Source of the DNA: Anaeramoeba ignava BMAN
Taxonomy: Eukaryota > Protista > Anaeramoebae
DNA: 64,000 bases
Assembly: GCA_028826165.1 (NCBI GenBank)
Contig: JAPDFW010000132.1
Location: 62,001-126,000, forward strand
Reading direction: 5' to 3'
Positions 50,126 through 64,000 of this stretch are shown here, piece after piece. Both the position numbers and the translations under genes were made by a program. Numbering within the stretch: position 1 is the first letter of the stretch; each line of letters opens with the position of its first letter. The notes under the pieces were generated by a model. It saw nothing but the letters and a program-made list of their open reading frames with translations. It ran no database searches and had not been told where the DNA came from.

Positions 50126-53100
50126 TTATTTTTCTTTTGATTCTATTTCTTTCTTATGAATTCTACTGCAAAGTTCTTCTATAATTTTCTTATCAATTTC
50201 CAATCTAGCTTTTTTTTCATTCAAATGTTTTTGAGCCAAAGCTTTTTCTTCAGTTCCTCTTTGTTGAATATTTGAAATATAATTTTCCGTTAAAGAAATT
50301 TTTGCAATCAAAGTTTCTTTTTCCAAAATAAGTCTTTCTTGAATATATTTATTGCTTTTTTCAATTTTTGAGTTGAACTGGTCAATTTGTTTTGAAGAAG
50401 TTATTTGTTTTATTCTTTGTTCTAATTTTTTATGTTGATTCTGTATAAATTCTTCCATAATTTCTACATTTTTTTTGTCTCTAAGTCTTTGTTGTAAATC
50501 TCTAAATTGTGATAAAATTTCTAAAAATCCTACTTTCATTTCTGCTAATTGTTGATGTGTTGTTTCGATTTCTTGTAATAAAATTTGATTTTGAATACTT
50601 TTTGCACTGCAATCTTTTAATTTATAAGTTTCTGAATTTCCAATTATTTTAGATTTTTTATCAATTTCTTGAATAAATCCTATTTAAAATTAAAATTCAT
50701 TTATAAAATTAAAATCGGATAAAAATTAAATTTAAAAAATTATTCTTTACCTGTAATCTTTTCACTTAAATCAAATCTTTGTTGAATTAATTTGGAAACT
50801 AATGATTTTTGTTCTTCAAGTTCTTCTTGAAGTTGCTCTTTTTCATCTTGAAGAATATTCAAATCATAATTTTCTTCTTCATATTGTTTATTAAGCATCT
50901 TTGAAAATGAACAAATATTGTTTCCATATAAAATAGAAGGTAATTCTCCACTAAAAACATCTTCCATTTCTTTTTCTTTCAAATTTTGTGAACGTCTTTT
51001 AGGTAAAACACTTTTTCTTTTTGATTTTTGAGGATCTTGATTTGGATTTCTTTGATTTCCTTTTAAATTTTCATTTGAATTTTCATTTGAATTTTCATGA
51101 ACAACAAAACTTTGATTTTTTTCAAGTTCTTTTGGGTCAAATAAAGGTTTTGATTTACGAAAAAGATCTAAAATATGATCTTCAGATTGTTCTTGATTTT
51201 CATCTTGATCATTATCTGAAACAATAACACAAGATCCTCCACTATTTTCATCATCATCATCATCATCATCATTATCATTATCATTATCACTATCACTATC
51301 ACTATCAAAATTATAATCATAATCCTTATCATTTTCTTTTTCATTATTTGAATCTGATTCTGAATATGATTTAAATTCATGTTGTTTTAATAAATTTTTT
51401 CCAATTTCTGGATTTTTTTGATTTGAAAGTGCATTAATAACAGTTTTTAAATCCGATTCTGATTCTGAATCAGAATCAAGTGTATTTTCCACAAAGGTTC
51501 CCATTGCTAAATTTATATTAACATTACTATTTTTTTTTCCGTTTAATTTTTCATTTGATTTTTCATTTGATTTTGGATTTGATTTTGGATTTGATTTTGG
51601 ATTTGATTTTGGATTTGATTTTTGATTTAATTTTTCATTTGATTTTTGATTTGATTTTTCATTTGATTTTGTATCTTGTATTTCATTTTCATTTTCAACA
51701 AAATTATCATCATCCAAATCAAGAATTGTTGGATCATCTTCAATTTCAAGCATTTTTTGAGAATTCTCATCATCATCATCATCTTCAATATCATCAATAT
51801 CATCGATATCATCATCATCATCCCGATTATCTGGACGAATAATTTTTGGGGTTTCATTTGCATTGTCTTCATTTTCAAGACTAAAAGCATGAGTCGAAAA
51901 CAAAGCAGAAGGATTATAAAAGGAAATATGTCTAAATAAAAGTTTGCGTTCTTCTTGTCCTGAATTTGGTTTAATGCTTTCTTTGATTTTCGCAATTTCA
52001 TCTAAAAGAAGAGTCAACCATTCTGATTTTTCTGAAACTGAAGATGCCACAAAATGATGTGTTTCTTTATCCACTATTTCAAAAGAAAGGCAATGTGATT
52101 CTAGTGTTCCAACATATAAATCTTTATATCCAAGATCGATAACTTCAATAGCAGGTGTTGTTGAAGAAACATGAATTTGCAATTTTGTTTTAAATAATTT
52201 GAGGTATCGTGGAATGTATTTAACAGTCTAATTTTTAAATAAATATTGAAATAAATATTGAAATAAATATTTGAAATAAATATTGAAATAAATTTTGAAA
52301 TAAATATTTTAAATAAATATTTAAATAAATATTGAAATAAATATTTTAAATAAATATTTAAATAAATATTGAAATAAATATTGAAATAAATATTGAAATA
52401 AATATTGAAATAAATTTTAAAATAAATTTTTAAATAAATATTTAAATAAATATTGAAATAAATTTTGAAATAAATTTTGAAATAAATTTTGAAATAAATA
52501 TTGAAATAAATTTTGAAATAAAATTTGAAATAAATATTTTAAATAAATTTTGAAATAAATTTATAAATAAATATTTAAATAAATATTTAAATAAATTTTG
52601 AAATAAATATTGAAATAAATATTGAAATAAATATTGAAATAAATATTGAAATAAATTTTGAAATAAATATTAAAATAAATATTTAAATAAATTTTGAAAT
52701 AAAATTTGAAATAAATATTGAAATAAATTTTGAAATAAATTTTGAAATAAATATTGAAATAAATTTTGAAATAAATTTTGAAATAAATATTGAAATAAAT
52801 ATTGAAATAAATATTGAAATAAATTTTGAAATAAATTTTGAAATAAATATTTAAATAAATTTTGAAATAAATATTGAAATAAATATTGAAATAAATATTG
52901 AAATAAAATTTGAAATAAATATTGAAATAAATTTTGAAATAAATATTGAAATAAATATTGAAATAAATATTAAAATAAATATTGAAATAAATATTGAAAT
53001 AAATATTTAAATAAAATTTGAAATAAAAATTTAAAATAAATTTTAAAATATTGAAATAAATATTGAAATAAATATTGAAATAAATATTGAAATAAATATT

Positions 53101-55453
53101 TAAATAAATTTTTAAATAAATATTGAAATAAATATTTAAATAAATATTGAAATAAATTTTAAAATAAATATTAAAATAAATATTGAAATAAATATTTAAA
53201 TAAATTTTGAAATAATTTTGAAATAATTTTTGAAATAAATTTTGAAATAAATTTTTGAAATAAATTTTTAAATAAATATTAAAATAAATATTGAAATAAA
53301 TTTTTAAATATTTAAATAAATTTTGAAATAAAATTTGAAATAAATATTTAAATAAATATTTAAATAAAATATTAAAATAAATATTTAAAATAAATTTTGA
53401 AATAAATTTTGAAATAAATTTTGAAATAAATTTTGAAATAAATTTTGAAATAAATATTGAAATAAATTATGAAATAAATTTTGAAATAAATTTTGAAATA
53501 AATTTTAAAATAAATTTTTAAATAAATTTTGAAATAAATTTTGAAATAAATATTTAAATAAATTTTGAAATAAATTTTGAAATAAATTTTGAAATAAATA
53601 TTTAAATAAATATTGAAATAAATTTTGAAATAAATATTGAAATAAATATTGAAATAAATATTGAAATAAATATTTAAATAATTTTTAAATAAATTGAAAT
53701 AAATATTGAAATAAATATTTAAATAATTTTTGAAATAATTATTGAAATAAATTTTGAAATAAATATTGAAATAAATTTTGAAATAAATTTTGAAATAAAT
53801 ATTTAAATAAAATTTGAAATAAATTTTGAAATAAATTATTAAATAAATTTTGAAATAAATATTGAAATAAAATTTTAAAATAAATTTTAAATAAATTTTA
53901 AAATAAATTATTAAATAAATATTTAAATAAATTTTAAAATAAATTATTAAATAAATATTTAAATAAATTTTGAAATAAATATTGAAATAAATATTGAAAT
54001 AAATTTTAAAATAAATTTTTAAATAAATTTTAAAATAAATTATTAAATAAATATTTAAATAAATTTTGAAATAAATATTGAAATAAATTTTGAAATAAAT
54101 ATTGAAATAAATTTTTAAATAAATTTTTAAATAAATATTTAAATAAATATTGAAATAAATTTTAAAATAAATTCCCAGATAATCCATGATTTGTTTACTT
54201 GACCCTTTTGATCTCTATAAAGAATCCAATCATGTTTTATTGATTGATGCCTTGAACTTATTTTTACTTGAACAGGATTTGTTATATTTTGTTTTATAAT
54301 ATTTTTCACAATTGTTTGTTGTGATTTTATAATTGAATACATCCATCCATTTAATAAAGGTTGTGTTTCACATGAAATATGTAAATATTTAGTTTGAAAA
54401 TTAGTAGAAATTCGACAACAAAATTCCAGATTATGTTCTGAAAATGTTTGACATGTTGTATCTGGATCAATTTCATAAATAACTGTTTTTCTATCTGGAA
54501 TTGATACTGAAATTTTTGCTCCAGTTAATCTAATTAATTTTTAATTTTAATTTTAATTTTAATTTTATAAATGAATTTTAATTTTAATTTTATAAATGAA
54601 TTTTAATTTTAATTTTATAAATGAATTTTGATTTTAATTTTAATTTTAATTTTATAAATGAATTTAATTTTTAATTTTAATTTTGATTTTAATTTTAATT
54701 TTGATTTTAATTTTATAAATGAATTTAAATTTTAATTTAAATTTTAATTTTATAAATGAATTTTAATTTTAATTTTAATTTTATAAATGAATTTTAATTT
54801 TAATTTTAGTTTTAATTTTATAAATGAATTTTAATTTTTACGCTAATTTAGATTTTTTCCATTCTTTATCAAAAACAAGAACATCTCCTAATAAATGTTA
54901 TTATAACAAATTAAATAAAAATTTTCTTTAAAATATCTTTAAAAAATAATATCAAAAATAACCTTCTTTTTGAATAATACTAAAAAATAAAAAATTAAAT
55001 TAAATTAAAAATAAAAAATTAAATTGTTTTTAAAACTTACTTTCTTTCTTTTCCTAAAGAAATTTTAGGTTTTTTCATAAAAGGACCTTTAAAACCAATT
55101 TTTTCAGCTGCACTTGAAAGTAAGAAAAATAAAGAAGTAACTTTTTGAAGATTTTTACTTTCAATTAAATCAGACGGTTTAAAAAGCATATCTTTTTTAA
55201 TTTTTAGAGTTTGAGAACAAGCTTGAAGAAATAAATGAAGATTTTTTTGATGGAAAGAAGTTTTATGCTTATTTTTATGAAAATTTTTAACCGTTCCTGG
55301 TTTGATTTTATTTATCAATTCACAAAGAATTTCTCCTGATTTTAAATCAGAATAAATGTTTTGTGGGGAAACATGTATATGCGTTAAATTAGTAACCCAA
55401 CGTGCAAATGATTTTAATTTTAATTGTGTTTTTGAATCAACAATTAATGCCAT
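50126..55453 (-). CDS. Calponin-homology + two PH-like domains + acidic linker + coiled-coil protein, 6 exons
   Basis: CH: DLKSGEILCELINKIKPG..N...FLQAC....LFKPSDL.E.KN..KV. PH1: IIQKEG..W...GW..SI. PH2: PRYLKL..SFEI....HHF.ASS.SEK.EWL..L. Five GT-AG introns, including those flanking a 17-nt exon at 54963-54979. Confidence 0.8.
52228..54198 (-). repeat. 1971-nt intron filled with 12-mer (TTTCAAWATTTA)n on the sense strand
   Basis: (AAATAAATWTTG)n on +; boundaries join QKGQ|TVKYIPRY. Confidence 0.9.
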
Positions 55454-55698
55454 AAAAATAATAAAATGAAAAATGAAAAATGAAAAATGAAAAAAATTTT
55501 CAAAAGGAGAAAAAGAAAAGGAGAAAAAAAATTGATTTGTTTTTTTCCTTAATCCATTTTTTTTTGGCTAATCCAAGAAAAAAAAAAGAAATTCAACAAA
55601 AAAAAAGTAAAAAAAAAAAAGTAAAAAACTAAATTCAATTTTCCTTTTTCTTTTGATTCTTTTGATTCTTTTAATTCATTTCATTCATTTCATTCATT

Positions 55699-58600
55699 TC
55701 ATTCGCTTTTCTGATTTCTCATCTTTGAAAAACTTGGAAATTGAGTTTTTGAAATGAAAGGATCCCTTATAATGGGTGGTCTTTCTTTAATTGTAGTTTT
55801 CTTTTCTGAATCTTGATCTTTCAACATTTTGGAAAATTGGTTTTTGAAAGAAAGATATCTTTGATATCTCCTCTGAATATCTTGGTGTAACTTCTCCTGT
55901 TTCTTTTTTGCTTCCTCAGGGAAAGTCATTCTCAAGCTCTCATAACGAGTTTCCGTTTTCAAAATATCTTCCAATCCATCTTCAGGTTTTGTAGAATCAA
56001 GTTGCATTGGATTCTTTCCTTGTTCCAATAAAATGGGATTGTATCGATAGAGAAGATGATATCCTTTCTTCACAATATCTTTCGAATGTGGAACACTCTC
56101 ACTAAGTCCGCCTTTGATTCCATGCTCGATACAGGGACAATAAGCAATAATCAACGAAACTCCTTTGTGCTTCTCTGCTTCGGTGATTGCCTTGATGGCT
56201 TGATTTGGATCAGCTCCTAGGCATATTGATGCAACATAAACATCCCCATAAGTCATTGCCATCATTCCAAGATCTTTCTTTGCAGTTTGCTTTCCTGATA
56301 TCGCCAATTTGGCAACTGCTCCTCTCGGTGTTGATTTAGATGATTGGCCTCCTGTGTTTGAATAGGCTTCAGTATCAAGAACCAAAATATTCACATCTTC
56401 TCCACTTGCTAAAACATGATCCAATCCTCCATATCCAATATCATATGCCCATCCATCTCCTCCTTGAATCCATATTGACTTCTTTGCCAAAAGATCTCTG
56501 TTCTTCCAAATATGGTCACAAGCTTCGTGTGATTCTTTTGTTGATTTTGAGTATGCTTTGGGTCTTTTTTCCAAATACTTCTGAATTTCTTGAGAATACT
56601 TATTTGAGAGTTCCCGATCATCAAAAGAAGTCACCCATTTCTCAAGAAGTTGATTCAATTTATAATCCTTGATCACTTTTCTATCCAAAAATCCTTTTAT
56701 GTAAGTAAGAAGCTTGAACCTGAGTTGATTGACAGATTTGGCAATTCCTATCCCGTATTCAGCATTATCTTCAAAAAGAGAGTTTCCCCAAGCAGGTCCA
56801 TGTCCTAATTGGTTTGATGTGTATGGATTCAAAGGGAAAGTGCCACCCCAAATAGAGGAGCAACCAGTAGCATTTGCAATAATCATCTGGTCTCCAAATA
56901 GTTGAGTCACAAGTTTGATGACAGGAGTTTCTCCACATCCAGCGCAAGCACCTGAAAACTCTAGAAGAGGTTGACAGAATTGGCTATCTTTGATTGTTTT
57001 GTTGCTATAGATGCCCTCTTTAGTAGGAAGCTTGACCATATAATCCCAATTTTCTCCATGTTTAGGTTTCATTAGCTCAGAAGGAACCATTTCGAGACAT
57101 TGTTCTGGGCAAGAACGAGAACAGATGCTGCATCCTGTGCAATCATAAGGAGAAATTTGCAGAGCGAATTTCAAAACTGTTGATTTTTCGGTTGGAAGGG
57201 TTTGGATTTTGTCTGGATAAGGAGCATTGTTTTTTTCTTCGTTACTGATAAGAAATGGTCTGATTGCCGCATGAGGACATAGCAAGGAGCACAAGTTGCA
57301 TTGAATACATTTTTGTGGATCCCATTTTGGAACAATGTCTGAAAACCCTCTTTTCTCATATTTACTTGTTCCTGAGGGAATTTTAGTCCAAGCTAATTTG
57401 CTTAAAGGGATTGAATTCCCCTTCATCTCCATAATGGGTCTCATAACTTCAGTCACAAATTCAGGTTCATCAGTATCTCTCTTTGAAATCAAGAGAGAGT
57501 TTGATTCTGTTGGCAAGTTTTTCCATTCATTTGGATATTCAATTCGAATAATATTCTTGATTCCCATGTCGACTGCATCCTTATTTTTTTGTATCACATC
57601 ACCTCCTTTAGTGCTGTATTCCTTCTCGATTGCCTTTTTGAGGAGAGAGATTGACTTTTCTTCAGGGAGAACATTACTGAGTTTGAAGAAAACAGCTTGC
57701 ATGATCATATTGATTCTTCCAGTTAATCCTACTTCGTCAGCAATTTTAGAGGCATCAATGTTGTAAAACTCAAGCCCCTTCTGGGCAATCTCTCTCTTGA
57801 CATGATTGGGAAGATTTTTGTTCAACTCTTCAATTGTGTTCCAAGGAGAATTCAAAATGAACTTACTTCCTTTCTTTGCTGGAGTGAGAATCGAATCATA
57901 TTTCTCGAGATAGTGCTTCTGATGGCAGGCAATGTAGTCAGAATTTGTAATCATATAGGATGATTCAATGTGATTTGGACCAAATCTGAGATGTGATACT
58001 GTTACTCCTCCTGATTTATGAGCAGAGTATGAAAAATATCCTTGTCCTTGAAGGTTCGTGTTTTCCACAATGATCTTGATTGCGTTTTTATTAGCTCCAA
58101 CAGTTCCATCAGATCCTATTCCCCAGAAAATACATTGTTTTGTTCCGTCAGGCACAGTATCGATATTAGGACCATAAGTCAGAGAAGTGTGGTTGATGTC
58201 ATCGTTAATTCCAACAGTGAAATTGTTTTTTGGATTGAGCTGGCCCAAATTGTCATAAACTGAACGAACCATTGCAGGAGTAAACTCTTTACTTCCAATT
58301 CCAAATCGTCCACCAACAACATCGATATTTCTTCCATAAACAGCCGTCATAACATCGGATTGCAAGGGTTGAGAAGGAGCTCCATTTTCTTTAACGCGAT
58401 CCAAAACTGCAATTCTTTTCACTGTCTTCGGAAGAGCTGTTAGGAAATGTTCCACAGAAAAAGGTCGATAGAGTCTCACTTTAATAAGTCCTATTTTCTC
58501 TCTTGAGTTTTTAGAAATGATCTCTTCAACTGGAGAGGATCCCGATCCCATAACCACAATTACTCTTTCAGCTTCAGGATGGCCAACATAGTCAAACAAA

Positions 58601-59764
58601 TGATATTGTCTTCCTGTTTCTTTCGCAAATTCATCCATGTAGTCTTGCACGATATAAGGCACTTTTTTGTAGTACTGATCAAGTGCTTCAATAGCTTGGA
58701 AACAAACATCAGGACTTTGTGCGCTTCCTCTCAGATGGGGATGTTCTGGATTGAGTGATCTTGCTCTGTGCCTTTCAATAGCTTCATAATCCACCATTTT
58801 CTTCATCAGTTCACGATCTACAACATCGATCGAATTGACTTCATGAGAAGTTCTGTAGCCATCAAAAAAGTGCAAAAAAGGGATTGAAGCCTTGAGAGTG
58901 GAAAGATGAGAAATGAATCCAAGATCCATCACTTCTTGTACTGATCCTGATCCCATGATCGCAAATCCTGTGAGTCGTGTTTCCATCACATCAGAATGAT
59001 CGCAGTAGATCGAAAGAGCTTGCCCACCAACTACTCTTGAAGCAATATGAATAACTGCAGGCATTAATTCTCCTGCTATTTTGTGCATGTTAGGAATCAT
59101 CAACAAAAGTCCTTGTGAGGCTGAGAATGTTGTTGCTAGTGCTCCTCCTGCGAGTGCTCCATGAAGAGCTCCTGCTACTCCTCCTTCAGATTGCATTTCG
59201 TTAACTTGGAGTGGCAAACCAAAAATGTTCTTTTTTCCTTCTGCGCTCCATTTATCAACAAGTTCTCCCATCATCCTAAACAAAAAAAACAAACACAAAC
59301 AAATAAAAGCAAACAAAAAAAAAAAAGTTGAACTGATGAATATGATTCAATTATTTTTTTTCAAAATTTAACACTTCATGATTATTTTTTTAAATTTTTT
59401 CAGTTATTAATTTAACTTAAAAAAAAATTTTTTGGATTGTAAAAAAAAAAAATTTTTTTCATGCTTCTTCATGATGAGTTAATAAATATAATTTTATTCC
59501 AAATTATATTAAGATGGATAAAAGAAATTGACTTACGTTGCTGGATTCATTGGATATACAAAAGCAATATCACTTAAAAAATATGAAACATAAGCAGCAG
59601 CTGTGTTTCCATCCATTGGTTTTTTGGACTATTTAAAACAAAAACAAAAGCAGAATTAAAATTAAAATTAAAATTAAAAAATAAAATTAAAAAATAATTA
59701 CAGAAAACATTTTTAGTAAACTAAGGTTTGATTTTGGCTTAAAATTTTTTGCAAATTTTAACAT
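55699..59764 (-). CDS. PFO: Pyruvate:ferredoxin oxidoreductase (single-chain NifJ/PFOR type) with putative hydrogenosomal presequence, 3 exons
   Basis: Exons 59764-59702 (MLKFAKNFKPKSNLSLLKMFS), 59628-59537 (MDGNTAAA..YPMNP) and 59275-55699. Motifs MQSEGG, SQGLLLMIPNM, FFDGYRTSHE, GSDGTVGANK, two CxxCxxCxxxCP, FSGACAGCGET, ATGCSSIWG, GGDGWAYDIG..YSNTGGQ, PCIEHG. Confidence 0.98.
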
Positions 59765-60324
59765 CTTTTCTTTTCTTTTTTGTTTTTTTTTTTTTGAATA
59801 AAAACGATATGTGAAAAAGACTAAGAAATGAAGAAGAAAAATGACTTAAAAAAAATTGAATAAATTTATTTAAAAAGATTTTTTGGATTAATGAAATTTG
59901 ATTATCAAATTCTAATTTATTCAAATATGATCGGAATATTTCTTTTTCATTTTAATTACAATCCAATTTAAAAGAAATAAAAATGACAACAAGAAAAAGG
60001 TGGATCGAAATTCTTTTTTTTTGTGATTAAATTTTGTCAAGCAAAAAAAAAAAAATTTTCCAGCAAATGATCTTTTTTTTTTAAATTAATATTTATTTAA
60101 AATAAAATTAAAATTATTATTTGAATAATTATTATTTAAAATTATTATTATTTCTATTCCACTTTTCAATTAAATTTTAATGATAAAAAAAAAAGAAAAA
60201 AAAAAAGGAGAAAAAAAAATTAATAAATAAATAAAAAAGGAGAAAAACGTTTTTTTTTTAATTTTTTTAATTTTTTTTTTCATTTTTTTCTTTTTATTTC
60301 TTTATTACTTTTTTTTTAAAAAAA

Positions 60325-62628
<2,304 letters not shown>

Positions 62629-62749
62629 ACCAAAAAAAAAAGAAAGAAAAAAAAAGAATTTTTTTCAAAAATTATTTTTCAGTTTCAAAAAAAAATGAAT
62701 GAGTTTTCTTAAATAAAAAACTAAAAAAAGCTTAATTTTAATCATTTAA

Positions 62750-64000
62750 ATTTTTTATTAAATTATTTATTAAATTATTTATTAAATTGTTTATTAAATT
62801 GTTTATTAAATTATTGTTCCACTTTTTGATTTGATTTTTTATTAAATTGTTTATTAAATTGTTTATTAAATTGTTTATTAAATTGTTTATTAAATTGTTT
62901 GATTAAATTGTTTGATTAAATTGTTTATTAAATTATTTATTAAATTATTTATTAAATTGTTTATTAAATTGTTGATTAAATTGTTTATTAAATTGTTGAT
63001 TAAATTGTTGATTAAATTGTTTATTAAATTGTTTATTAAATTATTTATTAAATTGTTTATTAAATTTTTATTAAATTCCACTTTTTTTGATTTGATTGTT
63101 TATTAAATTGTTTATTAAATTGTTGATTAAATTATTTATTAAATTGTTTATTAAATTATTTATTAAATTATTTATTAAATTATTTATTAAATTGTTTATT
63201 AAATTATTTATTAAATTATTTATTAAATTATTTATTAAATTATTTATTAAATTATTTATTAAATTGTTTATTAAATTATTTATTAAATTATTGATTAAAT
63301 TTTTTATTAAATTATTTATTAAATTGTTTTATTAAATTGTTTATTAAATTGTTTATTAAATTATTGATTAAATTATTTATTAAATTGTTTATTAAATTGT
63401 TTATTAAATTGTTTATTAAATTATTTATTAAATTATTTATTAAATTATTTATAAAATTATTTATTAAATTATTTATTAAATTGTTTATTAAATTTTTGTT
63501 CCAATTTTTGATTTGATTTTTATTAAATTGTTTATTAAATTGTTTATTAAATTATTTATTAAATTATTTATTAAATTTTTATTAAATTTTTATTAAATTG
63601 TTTATTAAATTGTTTATTAAATTGTTTATTAAATTGTTTATTAAATTATTTATTAAATTATTTATTAAATTATTTATTAAATTATTTATTAAATTGTTTA
63701 TTAAATTGTTTATTAAATTATTTATTAAATTGTTTATTAAATTATTTATTAAATTATTTATTAAATTGTTTATTAAATTGTTTATTAAATTGTTTATTAA
63801 ATTGTTTATTAAATTATTTATTAAATTTTTTATTAAATTTTTGTTCCACTTTTTGATTTGATTGTTTATTAAATTGTTTATTAAATTTATTATTAAATTG
63901 TTTATTAAATTGTTTATTAAATTTTTTATTAAATTATTTATTAAATTGTTTATTAAATTTGTTGATTAAATTGTTGATTAAATTTTTTATTAAATTTTTT
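62750..64000. repeat. 12-mer satellite (TTTATTAAATTR)n punctuated by GTTCCACTTTTTGATTTGATT, truncated by window end
   Basis: Directly visible; punctuation motif near 62815, 63076, 63497 and 63841. Confidence 0.93.

Noticed and set aside
55699-59275. PFO as bacterial contamination or very recent LGT because of higher GC
   Set aside because: It has two GT-AG introns and a presequence exon, and the native BK long exon shows a similar GC rise.
59276-59536. TPP riboswitch or C/D snoRNA in the non-repetitive PFO intron 2
   Set aside because: No CUGAGA/ACCUGAU core. The only perfect C box (ATGATGA ~59471) is antisense to the host with no matching D box or terminal stem. An Infernal/Rfam scan would settle it.

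Overview
Very AT-rich, intron-rich eukaryotic nuclear DNA. The organism is an inference: composition, NQ-rich proteins and a presequence-bearing pyruvate:ferredoxin oxidoreductase point to an anaerobic protist with hydrogenosome-type organelles, plausibly Anaeramoeba-like. By hand-splicing GT-AG introns I reconstruct 18 protein-coding genes with about 70 introns: cytosolic AspRS, a small coiled-coil protein, a CBM48/repeat protein, a RanBP9/10-like SPRY protein with a large SK-repeat insert, a small 4-TM protein, TEX261/Svp26, a Pumilio protein, Rheb, Sec24, a PIN/AEC-family transporter, a Slo/BK K+ channel, a DENN protein, SCAMP, a TBC1D5-like RabGAP, an MPPED-like metallophosphoesterase, a CH-PH-PH coiled-coil protein, PFO and Rab2. 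Intergenic gaps are mostly tiny, while many introns are inflated by their own short tandem repeat. Main observations: (i) the six largest introns cluster at about 1.8 kb (1776-1971 nt) despite different repeat units; (ii) one 12-mer satellite fills introns of three unrelated genes, always in the same orientation relative to transcription; (iii) a ~145-bp (nucleosome-sized) satellite family occupies the two longest divergent intergenic spacers; (iv) PFO has YPMNP in place of the YPITP substrate loop; (v) the BK channel calcium bowl position is polybasic, and Rheb has His at the Tyr35 position; (vi) a back-to-back TTTTCATTTT element is a candidate bidirectional core promoter. I recognised no rRNA, tRNA, CRISPR array, transposase or intein. 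Exon coordinates are manual and may be off by a few bases.
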